Origin: Podarcis gaigeae
Lineage: Eukaryota
DNA: 64,000 bases
Assembly (NCBI GenBank): GCA_964106915.2
Contig: OZ066916.1
Strand: one strand, 5' to 3'
The notes below the pieces were generated by a model, which saw only the letters and a program-made list of their open reading frames with translations, searched no databases and was not told where the DNA came from. Both the position numbers and the translations under genes were made by a program. Within the stretch, counting starts at the first letter, position 1; the number at the start of each line of letters is the position of its first letter. Below are positions 39,892-53,130 of the stretch, in pieces.

Positions 39892-42800
39892 CATTCTGCT
39901 AGAAGAAGCCCATTCAAGGATGCCTGCTAGCATTTCCTCCCTGAAATCAGTTCTGGATGGTTGGGAAAACCCCCATAATAGTGGGGGCAGGGAAGGGAGA
40001 TATTTCCATCTGGCAAGCAAAAATGGAACAATCTCCTCAGTGCTATGTTTAATTCCACCCTTTGTTTCCTGTAGCAAAAACAAAACAAAAAAACCCCCAC
40101 ACAAACCAATTGTGTTTTCAGGCCTAAAGTGGTTCTTGCTTCAATCAGTTTGTCATACAGATAAACTACATTGGCTGGAATGACCATGCATCTTATAACG
40201 GCCTCTCTTTTGCTTTCCCTGCCTTAATCATAACCAACCATTCATGGGAGACAGACTCAACATCAATTTAACCTTCATGTATATAAACATCAACTTAGTC
40301 CTTTCCCATCATAAGGACTAGCTATATTTGTGGCAAGATTTTTTTGTTGGCAAGAGACTAGTGTAGCTTAAGCATTCAGCAAGCAGCAGCTTTGGCACAT
40401 TAACACTTCCATATATTTAAACTCTTAATCTTACTGCTGCCTTTTGCTCTGCCAACAGCTCTTTAACTTAATGCAGGATCCTTGAAGAAATAGCTGCCCA
40501 AGCAAAGCATACCAAGTTTTATAAAAGGGGGGGGGGGATACAGTGCACATTAAAGGAGGTGGAAAGAAAGGCCACCCCAGGAGTAGTCAGATTACATGAT
40601 CATACAAATAATGTAGAGAAATCTGTGTAATTTAATTTGGTTAGTGTGGTTCTGACTGCAAGACAGTTGAGTTGTAGTTGATTTGGAATGGTTGCTTTGG
40701 TGAGAGAAAGGGGGTATGGAGGCCAACTGATGTATGATCAAGAAACAATGTTTTGTTTACCTCAGCAGCCCTAAGGACCTGTTAATTTGATCAGGAAGCT
40801 GTCCTAGAAGAGGGGAGGTTAACCCTCTCTCCTTTCCCCCATCTCCAGATAGACCCAGCAGTTGTTATTAGCTCTGCTGAGGGGGTGGGAATTCATGGAA
40901 CTATGCTATACAGTTGTCCCCCACTTATGTGGGAGTTAAGTGTAAGTGGGAAGCCGTCTCTAAAAAGCCTATAAATGCCTGTTTCCCCCTGCTCTCCAGC
41001 TGCTTCTCTCCAATCCAGACCTAAATATCTAGAGTTGAAGCACTGGGGTTGGCTGGAGGACACATAGGAAAGCAGTTGCACCAGCTGTTAGGCAGGGAGG
41101 TTGAGCAGCCTAAACAAAGCCCTGTTGCACTTTTGGGAGCCTCCTCTGCCCCCATTCACATCCTCTTTGGGCTCCAGGTCTCCTCCCATCATTTCCTGGT
41201 ATGATTATATTTATTTATTTACTTCCCGGCACCACATGTATATGTGGTCATGCACCAGTTGATAGTGTGTAATTGGGTTGGGAGGAGCATGTACTCTCTC
41301 TAGGAAGCAGTTCCATTTGAGGAAGCATTGACTCCATCCTCCTCAAGCCATACCTCCCTGATCAAATTAGCAGGCCCCTGTGGCTGCTTTGAAGCATAGA
41401 AAAGGACATCAGATCTCACCTTGGATCAACTGCATCATGTCTTGTTTGGCCCCAAGACATGAGGGAAACCAGCCACTGTCAACTCATTAAAACACTTGCC
41501 ATCTGATGCAGAACAAAACCTATTGGGGTTATTTTTATTTTTAGCATGGTTACATGTTTCACAGAAAATGTGCCAAATTCACAAGTGTTGAATTCTAGCA
41601 GTAGCTGGAAAAGAAGAGTTGGGAGCACAACTAAGGACACCACAGCTTCGCCAGTCCAGCACCTGACATGTCAGGTGATGAGGGAGAAGTGGATGTGGCA
41701 TTGGTAAAATGGCTTTTCAGACCAAATGGAGAGGCCTAGATGGTCTAATTAGGCCCATGGGATGGAGGATCCCCACCACTGCTTTGTGTGGCCATTCTGT
41801 GGACCAACTTTACAAATACTTGTCCTGTACATGAGTCAGGGAGAGGTGCTTCAAGGAGACTTATGCATAGGGTGTTTGCATCTGTTGTCCACACTTCACA
41901 TTTGTTGTTAAAAAATACTATGCCTCGCACGGCATAGTCATGGAAAATGCCATGGTAGCAAGTGTGCAGTCGTCAAGGCAGTAGCTTGTCCCCTCATGTA
42001 TGCTGAGTGTTCCGTTATCACAAAACAGCTATTCCTAATCCTGTGCTGCAGCAGTATTTATTTCCAGACTTCATCCTGCAATAGAAGACTTTAGAGGTCA
42101 AGGGTTAGCACCCATGTACTAATGTTGAGTGTAATGAAAGGGACACAAAGAGATACAGGAGCGGAAGGAAATGCAGAGAGTTCATCCTCTGGCCTCTAAA
42201 AAGTTCACACCAAGGCATTTTTTTGCAGTGAAAAATTCTGCATAAATATAACTGCTTTATACTTCCTTTCGCTCTACATTTTTCCTTTGAAAGGTGTTCA
42301 AGTAAGCCTGCATCAGGAGTCTGAGCACTTCCCAGATATGATAGACACACATTGTTCGGTTGTCAGATGTTGGCCAGAGGACCAGGAAGTTCAATTTATG
42401 CTGTGTTGCTAGGGTAGCCAGTTGAAGAAGGCATGGCTCCTGCACCTTTAATAGTTGTGTAGAGAGGGCATGTGAGCAGAAGCTGATTGCCATGCATGCT
42501 TCACCTGCTGAAATTCCCCCTTATATGGAACTATTAAGCTCATTTTTTTCACCTGGCCACCTTAGCTGTTGGAGAATCCCCCAAACCAAACAGGTTCCTA
42601 AATACCTATTGTTATTCTGCTACAGAAACAGCTTAAACAGCATGTTTTGCACTGAATTCTGATTCCTGTGTATTTTTGAGGCTTTTAGACCACCTTCTGT
42701 CTTAAATGCCAGATGATGGTAAGTTTGATTGCACTGTGATATCCTAATTCCCAGCACTAGATTTTGTTTGCAACTGTTTATCTTGCATGACACAAAAAAA

Positions 42801-45800
42801 AGTTGTTTTGAAGTGTATGTTCTTTAGCCATTTTCAAAAGGTTAATTCTTAAGAACTGCACTTTTATTTAGATACAGGATGAGTTGAAAGTACATCAGCT
42901 GTTCTATGCAGATGGGGGTGGGCGGGCTCAGTGGTGGTTCTTTATCAGAAGCGGCAAGAGGTAAAATGTGGGAAGGGATTATCACAGAAATGGGGTTGCA
43001 GGGAGTATGGAGCCAACTGACTGCATATTCTAGTTGCCACACATCACAGAGAAATGTTTGACTACCATTTCCACTGCTGTTAGCATCTTGTCATTTCAAG
43101 GGCATAGAAAAATTCAACAGCAAATAAACTTCAGTTACGTGAGGAGTCAAGACATAAAACAAGGGCAATTTCTACGTCTTGCCCTCTGCGGCCAGCACCT
43201 CAGTTTTTTCCTGTCACGAAAGGTAGCAATAAGAATTATTTCCTGCGAAACTGAGAGTACATCACCTGAATAACTATGAAAACAAGGAATGCAATAAATT
43301 AATCAAGCATCTATGCCATTTTATATTTTGTGGAAAGGAACAATTGGAAACAAAATCGTATATCTCCATGACACAATGCCTTTTATGTAATAGTTCGGGA
43401 ATTATGATTCTATTTTTGTAGCATCCAATTAATGAATGACTTACGCAACAAGCCATGCATAGCTTTTTAAAACTATCACGTGGATGCTGAAGAGAATAAA
43501 TTACTTGAATTTTACATTTTTGTGCTTAAAGAAACAACAACCCTGTGTTCACCTTGTGTCTTCAGTTCTGTACTCTATTAAGCTTTCTTTTTTCCCCATA
43601 CTGATTGTAACAAATATGTATGGACACAATCCAGACATGTAGACAGAATTACCATAGGCTCAACAGAGCCCTGTTTTTATCCATCCTATATTGCCGCCAA
43701 CACATAGCCACTGAGGGAATGAGGGTGCATGTGTGGATCTCACATACCCCCACCCAGCTTCCCCCCTCACTGTTCCTTAGGGAACAATGAACTTGCTCTG
43801 AAAAGATGAGAAAAGTATCAGTGGGAATATGGTGAATGTGTACAGACTTCCCATTCCCCAATATGGCCCGTAATTCTGCCTGCATGAATATTCCTTTGCT
43901 CACATAGGGAGAGTGGCAGGGGGAGGAACTCCTCCACACACAGGTACTATGCCTCTGGTGAACTGAACATGAACCAATAGAATTTTAATTCTCGGCCGTA
44001 ATTTGAGAAACACTGCAGCACGACAAATGTAATTCATGTTTGAAAAACAAATATCTATAGCTAGAGATACCAATATTGCGATGAAAACCAAGTGCCATGA
44101 CACAGTGTCAAAAAAACAGGGTTAATTTGAAGAACACTTGCTGTTTAAAACCCAAAGTCTTAGTTCCCTGAATGAGAAGACTCATGCAATTTAACTTCTG
44201 GCTATAATATATCTGTCGCTCTGTGTGTGCATGCACGTGTCACAAACTTTTCGAAGACCTCATTCTCCTTTCCTTTGATTTTTTTTCTCTTGTCAATTTA
44301 CATTACGTAAGGCAGAACACAACATCTTAAAGACATGGCCCATGGTTAAGCACCAGCAGTAGCCAAATTGTTCCCACAGCATTCCAGTGTCAGCTGGTTT
44401 AATCGGCAACAATTGCAGTATTTAGAGAAAAGAATGAATGCTATAAAGCAAACATGGGGAGAATTTTAAGAATGAAACTATTTCCAGGGCTGTATCTACT
44501 ACATTTGCTCTATCTGTCCTTGCTTTCTGATGAATGTTGTACTTCTTAGTGCTACAAATCCTATGCGCTTCAATTCTTCTGCTTCATATATATTTATTTT
44601 GTACTTTTTTCCAAAATAACCTTTGCAAGGTAAAGACTTGAGAAAATGTACAACAAAAATAGTAAGAATATATATGTAAAAACCACAAAACCTAAGGAAG
44701 TTATGCAGCAGCAGCTAGTGGTTTCACAAAAAGTAGGCCGATTTTTGAAACTATTCACAGGAATAATTCTATACCAAACACAATAGAGAAATAAATTTTG
44801 TAATAATTCTACTACATGTGAAATAGATCTTTCATTTCATAGAATTATAGAATTGTAGAGTTGGACGGGAGCCCAAGGGTTATCTATTCCAACCCCCTGC
44901 AATGCAAGAATCTCAACTAAAGCATCCATGACAGATGGACAGATTTTCTTACCACATACCTGGCCGTGCTTCGCTGTTTTCCTCTATTGTTGAATTGTTA
45001 GTTTTGTTTGTTATATATATAATAAATTATTTAAAAATTCTTCTACATACAACAAAATTTACAAAACAAATACCGCTCAAAGGTTTGCAGGCCCACTGAA
45101 ATTAAAGTAAGGTCCATTCATTTAAATGGGTTCACTCTGTGTAAGTAGAATGACTGTTGACCACAGCCCCATAGGGTGTAATCCTGTGACCCCTGGGAGG
45201 ATGACATAGGAGCCATAGGATGCACCAGAGCTTCTGCTCTGGTGTGGGTGGGTGGTTGTGGGAGGGAGGGAGGGAGGGAGGGAGGGAGAACCAATGTTGG
45301 ATCCCTGCCATTTTGGCAACTTTCTCAACCCTGACCCAGCCAGGGAGCCCTGACATTGTTGATGTAATTTTGATCTGTTTTAGTATTTTAACTTTTGTAT
45401 GTTTTCAAGTATGATTTTGAGTTTTTTCCTCAACTAAGTGACATATGAATTTTATGTAATAAATAAATTATTTAACCTGAAGTACCCACATCAAATTACT
45501 AATGAACCCATAACATCCATATAAGTCTGCAAAGGTTGCAAAGTAAGTATAGTTACATCATTCACAATCCTTGTGATATTTCCTTTCAGCCTTACTGTAC
45601 CCCATCAACCCGCTTTGGTTTTTAGTAGCTATAGTGATTGGAAAAGAAGTAGCTGTACACTGCACTTTGGGTTTCCAACTTTCACTATGTACTGTGTTTC
45701 AGCAAAAATTAGGGTACTCTGGATCCCAGATCAATGTCCACTAACTAATGAAAGCCAATTTTCAATATGCACATCTATTGTGAGACAGCAGCTAAAGTAC

Positions 45801-47000
45801 CACTTTAACAGCTCCTTTATTCCACCATCTCGTGGCTCATAAACTGCATCTTAATAAGCCTGCATGTAAGTGCACTAAAAGATGACCTTCACATAGGAAG
45901 AAGAGCACTGTCGACCAGAGCAACTTTCTTCAGCAATGTAAGATTCCCCCCGCCATGTTACTTTGTGACTTACACATTAACCTGATAACTACAAGAAGTT
46001 GAGTTATATTCAGAATCTCAGTCAAATTATATATCAAGTAACAACTTCTCCTTTCTGTAATTTGGAACACAACACATATTTGTCTCACTTTACAGGTCAG
46101 AGACCCAAAGGGAAGCCATCCATCTGAGCCCATCTTATTCTTACCAAATCATTCTAATAGTACCTTCAATCTATAGCAGGGGTGGCTAACTTATAGATCT
46201 CCAGATGTTGTCCTGGCCATTGATCAGGAATGTTGGGAGCTGTCATCCAGCAACATCCCCAGCTGTGATCTAAAGACCACTTTATGGAATGATATTGTAG
46301 TATATGGAGTATGTGAAGAACGGTTGATTTGCCATGAATATACAGACTGGCTGATAAGTGTAACAGCTGTTCAACTGATAAACTTGCAGCAGACACTCTT
46401 GTCACAGTTGATCACAAAATAAAACACACAGGGCAGTATTCAACTTATGAAGACTTCCACTTACACAATGGGGTTTCATCATATGCCCCTGTGCCCCCTG
46501 AAATTGACTCGGGGAGGGGATCAGGAGAGCTCCCAAAACGGGGTGTGTGGGAAAGGTGATTGTTCCATCTAACAAGCCAAAACGCCTGCACTGATGGAAC
46601 AATCAGAAGAGTGCAGTGTTGGATTCCCCCTCTGGTTTCAAGTTCATTTCCATGCCAGATTTGAACAGATTATGCACTCCTTATGGTCAGAGCCTACAGA
46701 CAAACAAACATAGAGCTCAATACTGTATAGCAATATGGAAGGATTTTTGCAAGAACCTATTTTCACAGGCAAAAAAATCTTGGCATTTGCCTTAAGTATT
46801 TACAAAACCAGTTAGGGAGAGATGGCAGTCCCCATGAGCTTGTTCTCCATCCTGCCTCTCCCTGGGCCCATTTGAGCATTCTTCCTCAAGTAAAGTATTG
46901 GGACCCTTTCTTGATAGTTGTAAGAAGTGATAAAAAGAAGTTGAAGGTGGTAAAAAGTGGTGACTGCCATTTTTTATTTATGCAGGCTGTTGTTGCATGC

Positions 47001-47346
47001 GGGTGGCGCTGTGGGTTAAACCACAGAGCCTAGGGCTTGCCGATCAGAAGGTTGGCGGTTCGAATCCCCGCAACGCGGTGAGCTCCCGTTGCTTGGTCCC
47101 TGCTCCTGCCAACCTAGCAGTTCGAAAGCACGTCAAAGTGCGAGTAGATAAATAGGTACCGCTCCTGTGGGAAGGTAAACGGCATTTCCGTGCGCTGCTC
47201 TGGTTTGCCAGAAGTGGCTTAGTCATGCTGGCCACATGAAGTGGAAGCTGTATGCTGGCTCCCTCGGCCAATAAAGCGAGATGAGCGCCGGAACCCCAGA
47301 GTCGGTCACGACTGGACCTAATGGTCAGGGGTCCCTTTACATTTTA
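47001..47346 (+). mobile_element. Sauria SINE subtype B, near full length
   Basis: Body as at 24200; TSD tgttgcatgc (46991-47000 / 47348-47357). Confidence 0.92.
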
Positions 47347-48565
47347 CTGTTGCATGCATCTCTCTGAAGCCATTTATCATTTGCTGTTTAGGAGGGCATC
47401 TTTCACTTTTCATTTTTACCTATGGTACAAAAATAATATGCTGGCTTTGTAACATCCCCCTGCTGCATGCTGTAATATATCTATTGACTTGGCTTAAGGG
47501 GCAGCTGAAACTAATGAATTTGCACCAACTGGCAGCTAAGGAGAAAAGTGTAATAGATGGTCCCCATAAATTCTGCATATGCATATAGTGATTCATAGAA
47601 TTTGTCTTTCCATGGGAACTGATTCCTTTTGTTCTCAACATTTACCTATGTCAAGCTTTCACAACTGGATGACTAGGTATTTGTTTTGTATTGTTTTTAA
47701 ACTCTTCTGTCTCTTCTGCAACTATTTTAAACTGCTTTTATTATATTTGGTACATTGTCTTGGGACATACATGTAAGGCAAGTAATAAATACTACTAATA
47801 ATACATATAAACCTACAGCTGTCAGGCATAAGAACTGTGGTAACATCAGCCACCAAACCCAGTCCCATACTCTGAAGTAGCTTCCTTTTGTATTCTTCAA
47901 ATGGATTAGGCCACACAATCCAAACAAACAGGAGAACAAGGAAAGAAGAAGCATATGAATGTCACCCGGAGACTGATAGGAATGGGATTTTACATCCTAC
48001 AAAACTATGTGTGCAAATTAGAGTTTATTATGCCAAAATAAATTTCAACAAGCCTGGAAACTATTGGTTGCTCATCTTTAGGGATAAATTGCTCAAAAAC
48101 ATAGTGAGCCTGAAACATTCTATTGTGATACTCTTTTCAGAGAGACACTCTTATCTCTAAGGCATCAAAATACAAAGGAATCTATAAATCAAGGTTTTGC
48201 CAGTGACTTGAATAGAATGTAGATTGCTCTCATAAAGTGGTTATTTATGTAGTCTGGCAATGTAATGTGTCTGAAGTTCTCATACAAAAAAAGTATATGA
48301 AAGCTAAGTATAATGACTGCAGCTGTGTGGCTTTTTGGGGTTTTTCAGGGGGGTTTTAATAACATGCCTCCAGATTCTCCAACTCAGTAGTTTACTCTGG
48401 CCCAGCATATTTCTTTGTGGAAAAATTAAGAAGTAGCTCTCTTATTCCCCCCCCCCCTAAATGTGTTTCATGACATCCTATGTAAAATTGACATCATGGC
48501 TAAGCTGTAAATTATTCCAGTTTATTTAGAATATCCTCATAGCAATCCAACTAAGTTAGTTCTTG

Positions 48566-48603
48566 GTATGAGCTTTCGTGTGCATGCACACTTCTTCAGA
48601 TAC
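48566..48603 (-). ncRNA. Minimal type I hammerhead ribozyme motif (antisense copy, intact G-C base of stem II)
   Basis: Reverse complement reads GUAUCUGAAGAAGUGUGCAUGCACACGAAAGCUCAUAC. Confidence 0.72.
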
Positions 48604-48609
48604 AGATGT

Positions 48610-48647
48610 GTATCTGAAGAAGTGTGCATGCACATGAAAGCTCATAC
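48610..48647 (+). ncRNA. Minimal type I hammerhead ribozyme motif (sense to ADGRB3)
   Basis: GUAU [stem I] CUGAAGA [core] a-GUGUG-caug-CACAU [stem II] GAAA-GC-UC [palindromic AGCU stem III, cleavage 3' of C48643] AUAC [stem I']. Confidence 0.7.
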
Positions 48648-48832
48648 CAAGAACTAACTTAGTTGGTCTTTAAGGTGCTACTGGAAGGAATTTTTTTTGT
48701 TTTGACTATGGCAGACCAACACGGCTACCTATCTGTAACTCATAGCAATCTCTCAAGTTCATTTGGTGATGAGTCTGGGACTATTTAGTAAAGTAGGTTC
48801 TAATATTTATCACACTGTTTTAACTTTCACAG

Positions 48833-49027
48833 ATTAAAGAACATCTTGCAAAAGGACAGAGGACACTGGCAGGTGAAGGAATGTCCCAGGTGACAAAGAC
48901 CCTTCTGGATTTAACTCAGAGGAAGAATTTTTATGCTGGGGATCTCTTGGTTTCTGTGGAAATTCTCAGAAATGTTACAGATACATTTAAAAGAGCAAGC
49001 TACATTCCAGCTTCTGATGGAGTCCAG
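48833..49027 (+). CDS. ADGRB3: ADGRB3 GAIN-region exon (195 nt, phase 0-0); absent from the ORF track
   Basis: aactttcacAG|ATT AAA GAA CAT ... GGA GTC CAG|GTaag; [65 protein letters not shown]. Confidence 0.97.
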
Positions 49028-50943
49028 GTAAGTGAAACTAGTAGTAGAGCATAGCTAAGTAGCCATAGCTAAGTAAGTAGAATGTTCTTGGCATCTCCAG
49101 TTAAAATGATCTCTAGTGAGGAGAGCAGCTGCCTGAGATCTTAGAGAGCTGCTTTCACTGAGAGGACCAAATGCTGAACTAGATCACTCTTCTCCAATAT
49201 GGTGCCTTCCATCTGTTGTGGACTACAACTCCCATCTGCCCCAGATAGCATGACCAATGCAGGGAAGGAGAGTAGGAGAGCTCAGCTTTGGCAGTAACGT
49301 GAAATCTGTTTCTGCATTCCACATTCTGTTTTTACATTCACTGTGTAGTGAATGGCCACTAGGATTAAAGGCACGACAGTTTCCATTATTGCTGACATGT
49401 AATATTTGATAAGAAATTGATGCTCTGTAACTGGCATACCGGCCTTCAATACAGACTCAATTGGTTGCAAAGCCAGCACAATTAATTGTTTTGTCACACT
49501 GAGCTATGAGATAGCTGGAAGTGCACCACCTCCTGAACATATGTGCTGATTCAGAAAGTCTTTGTATCAGGCATTTAGGCTGCAGCAAAAGCAAACATAA
49601 CAATGGCAACATCGTTAATTTGACACCGTTTATCCTAGGTACTTCAATCTGATAAAGCCACATCCTAATTAGTGTTAAAAGAGAAGACAACAAAGGCTGC
49701 TTTAACTCAACTCTACAGCCAGACCCAGACAGAGAGGATAGTAGTTTTGCTCATCCTTAAAATAAAATTAAAAAACCCACTGTGGGCAGCATGAGAAGAA
49801 TTTAAGATAAGCCCCAAAGCTTCTCTTTTCCAACATTCTGTTTCCTGCAGTGGCCAACGAGATGCCAGTGGGAAGCTCACAAACAGGCACATGAAGGCAA
49901 TAGCCTCACACTGCTCTTCCCTGGTGACTGGTATCCAGAGGCGTGCTGCCTCTGATCTTGCCGGTGGCGCAAAGCCATCCTGAATAGTAGCCACTGAGAG
50001 CTAGCTAATCACAAGAGACATAATCTTTCTTAAGCACACCTCCTGTATCAAAACCTAAAGCAGAATGTTAAGTAGTAAGAATGGCCATGAACGCTAGTGT
50101 CTGGTGGTCCCAGGATATAACCTAAAGGCACATGAGACCACCAACTTGCTGAAATTAAGCAGGTTTGAATCTAGTCAATGTGTGCATGGGTGATTGCTTG
50201 GGAACCATATGTACACCGCCTTGGGTCTCATGATGGAAGAAAGGAAGGATATTAATTTAAGGGAATAAATAAATAAAATGACCATCCATTAAGCTACTCA
50301 GAATACATCATGCAACTGTCTGCTAGGACAATAAATTATTTTAATTAGATGATAGCAGTGTGACTTTAATTGAAGTCTATGAGGGGAAAGAACTTCATGC
50401 TAGCTAATAACTTTGAATATATGGACTGCATTTTTCTGGGTTTCCTGTACTCGGCTTCCTGTACCAAACTTTTCCTTTTAAAAAAAAAACACCACAGAAA
50501 TTTGCATGTCAATCCTGCACAGAATGGACATTATATTGGCTATTTTCTGTAGTTTAAGATTTCATCTTGAACTACTGTCATTAAGAGTTTAGGGCTTTTT
50601 AAGTAAGCAAGAAAGTACCTCCCCCAATACCTCCTGGATGCAAACTTTCTTTCTACAATGGCAAATAAATGACACTGCCGGGGCTAATACAGATGTGCTG
50701 GTTTGTTTAAGCATGGCTGGATGCAGGATTGCATGTTCTTTACCCACAACTCCTCAAACCCTACCTGAAGACAACTGATATCTTGATGCTGACCTTCTTG
50801 ATAAACCCAGGATCTGAAACCATACAAATATGAACACATTTGCAGTGTTGTTTCTGCAGCATCCTACTGTATCCCAAAGTCAAATGTTGAGCATGCATTT
50901 AACACTGGCCCACACTTGTGGTTTGTTTTTGTTTTTCTGACAA

Positions 50944-51505
50944 AGAATCTTAGAATTGGAAGGGATCCTGAGGGTCATGTAGTCCAGCCCCCTGCAATGC
51001 AGGAATCTCAGCTAGAGCATCCATGACAGATGGCCATCCCGCCTGTTTAAAAACCTCCAAGGAAGGAGAGTCCACCACCTCTTGTGAGAGTCTGGTTCTA
51101 CTGCTGAACAGCTCTTACCGACAGAAAGTTTTCCCAAATGTTTAGTTGGAATCTCCTTTCTTGCAACTGGAGAAAACAAGCATGCTCCCACCTTCATGTG
51201 AAAGCCCTTAAGATATTTGAAGATGGCTATCATATCTCTTCTCAGTCTCCTCTTTTCCAGGCTAAACATATCCAGCTCCTTAAGCACTCCTCATAAGGCT
51301 TAGTTTCCAGGCCCTTGATCATCTTGGTTGCCCTGCTCTGCACCCATCCCAGCTTGTCAACATCCTTCTTAAATTGTGGTGCCAAGAAGTGTGTGGTGCC
51401 ACACAGTATTCCAAGTGTGGTCTGACTAAGGCGGAATAGAGTGGTTCTAGTACTTCCCTTGATCTGGACACTATACTTCTGTTGACGCAGCCTAGAATAG
51501 CATTA
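50944..51505 (-). mobile_element. CR1 LINE 3' fragment
   Basis: Minus-strand [27 protein letters not shown] is the CR1 ORF2 C-terminal motif; CR1-type ttctaagattct end; a shorter related 3' end lies at about 44839-44940. Confidence 0.85.
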
Positions 51506-51941
51506 CCTATTCATGTGTCTCAGCTTGCTAAGCACCTATACTTGAGGCATAAACTGAAAAAAGAGACAGAAAACAGATGTTGCTGTAAATTGACTCTGGC
51601 TGTAGGATGTTTCCATCATCTGTTGCAGAACTTTCATTAATGATTCATGGAAAAGTGAAGAATTAAAGTCAACCAAGTTGATTAGGCTCTTACCCTGCTT
51701 TTTTTAAAAAAATGCTTCAAATGTTCATAGAAACACAACGGCATAGATCTTAAGTTCCCATGAGCTGAACTCTGCTCACATTCTTGTATATGGGGGGGGG
51801 GGGGAGCGCTTTTTTTTTACTTTTTTCTTTTGCAATTCTCTGTTCCTTTCTATAGCCCCTATATCCTCTGGAAATATGTTCTGGAGGTTTTCATGTCCAT
51901 CAAAACAGTGCAGGGTGGCAGCACAGGGGCAAGAAAAAGGT

Positions 51942-52058
51942 CAGGGATTCTTTTTCAGCTGGAATTCGCTAGAACTCAGTTCCATTGCCATTATAAAGAG
52001 AACAAGGGAGGCGTTCATGGTGAGTTCTGGCACCTCTTTTTCTAGAAAAATAGCACTG
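51942..52058. mobile_element. Short hAT-like MITE (family of 5339-5459)
   Basis: cagggattctttttcag ... ctagaaaaatagcactg; 8-bp flanks aaaaaggt/agaaaggt. Confidence 0.75.
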
Positions 52059-52152
52059 AGAAAGGTACAAAGAAAATCCTCCTTCCCACTTCCACATGCA
52101 GAAAGTGCATATGAACAGAAGGGAAGCTTAAGATTGAAGCCAGAGTTGGCTA

Positions 52153-52556
52153 CTGTATTTTTCGCCCTATAGGACGCACCTTTTCCCCTCCAAAAATGAA
52201 GGGGAAATGTGTGTGCATCCTACGGGGTGAATGCAGGCTTCAGGAAGCTATCCGGTGGGAGTTCCCGCCGGGCTCGCAAGGCTTGCGGGCAGCAGCCTGC
52301 AGCCCGAAGCATAGGGCGTGCTCCGGAGCGCACCTCGGGCTTTGGGCAGATGTCCGAAAGCCTTGCGAGCCTGGTGGGAGTTCCTGCCAGGCTCGCAAGG
52401 CTTGCGGATAGCAGCCTGTTCTGGGGGTTGGGGTCGGGGGAAGCTTGGGCTTCCCCTGCCCCAGCCCCATGGCTGGGGGGGGAAGTAATTCCCCCCCCAA
52501 AAAAAACACCTAGGTGCGCCCTATGGGCCAGTGTGACCTATAGGGCAAAAATACGG
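52153..52556. mobile_element. Tc2-like MITE followed by (TAGT)n
   Basis: TA|ctgtatttttcgccctataggacgcacc ... tagggcaaaaatacgg|TA; internal duplicated ggctcgcaaggcttgcgg. Confidence 0.85.
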
Positions 52557-52595
<39 letters not shown>

Positions 52596-53130
52596 CAGTA
52601 TATATATTTTCCATAATTCGTTATGAAAGTAATCACAATATTCATAATAGAATAATATTTATGAGAACATGAAATCAACAGTAAAATAATGACACAAATA
52701 TGCACATCTAAAACAATTACCTTTGATCAAACAACAAATAATCATCACAGGCCATTTTCATACTTTAGAAGGCCTAGCAGAATAAGAATCTTGTCAGCTG
52801 GTGATGAAAATTAGCTAACGTAGTGCCAACCTAATCTCAGGAGAAAATGTGTGCTCTTAATCAAAGTTGTTGCTTTAATTCTAAATCTTTCTCTTTAAAA
52901 ATTCTACACGTGCTTTAAGCATTTATATTTATTGTCCTTTAAGCAGTTAGACACACTTTTATTAATTCAGTTACAAATACAATGCATTTGCACACACAAG
53001 AGATTTTAGCTTGCAAACTTCCCGACAAGTTACTGGAAATATTTCTTAGTGGTATGTTATGCCTTATATAGCTGTAGTAAATGTTATTTTAAAATTGTAG
53101 CACAGTTCTCATAAAATTGGTGTGGATGGT

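Larger units (their letters stand above)
48548..48738. mobile_element. Penelope-like element terminal fragment with internal inverted repeat
   Basis: 12-bp TSD ctcatagcaatc (48536-48547 / 48739-48750); 58-bp inverted arms 48547-48604 and 48609-48666; tail ...gcagaccaacacggctacc resembles squamate Penelope-type termini (recognised from memory). Confidence 0.75.

Noticed and set aside
35153-48832. Genuine loss of an ADGRB3 exon or pseudogenisation
   Set aside because: All visible exons are intact with canonical splice sites; the missing exon fits under the N-run at 35739-35902.
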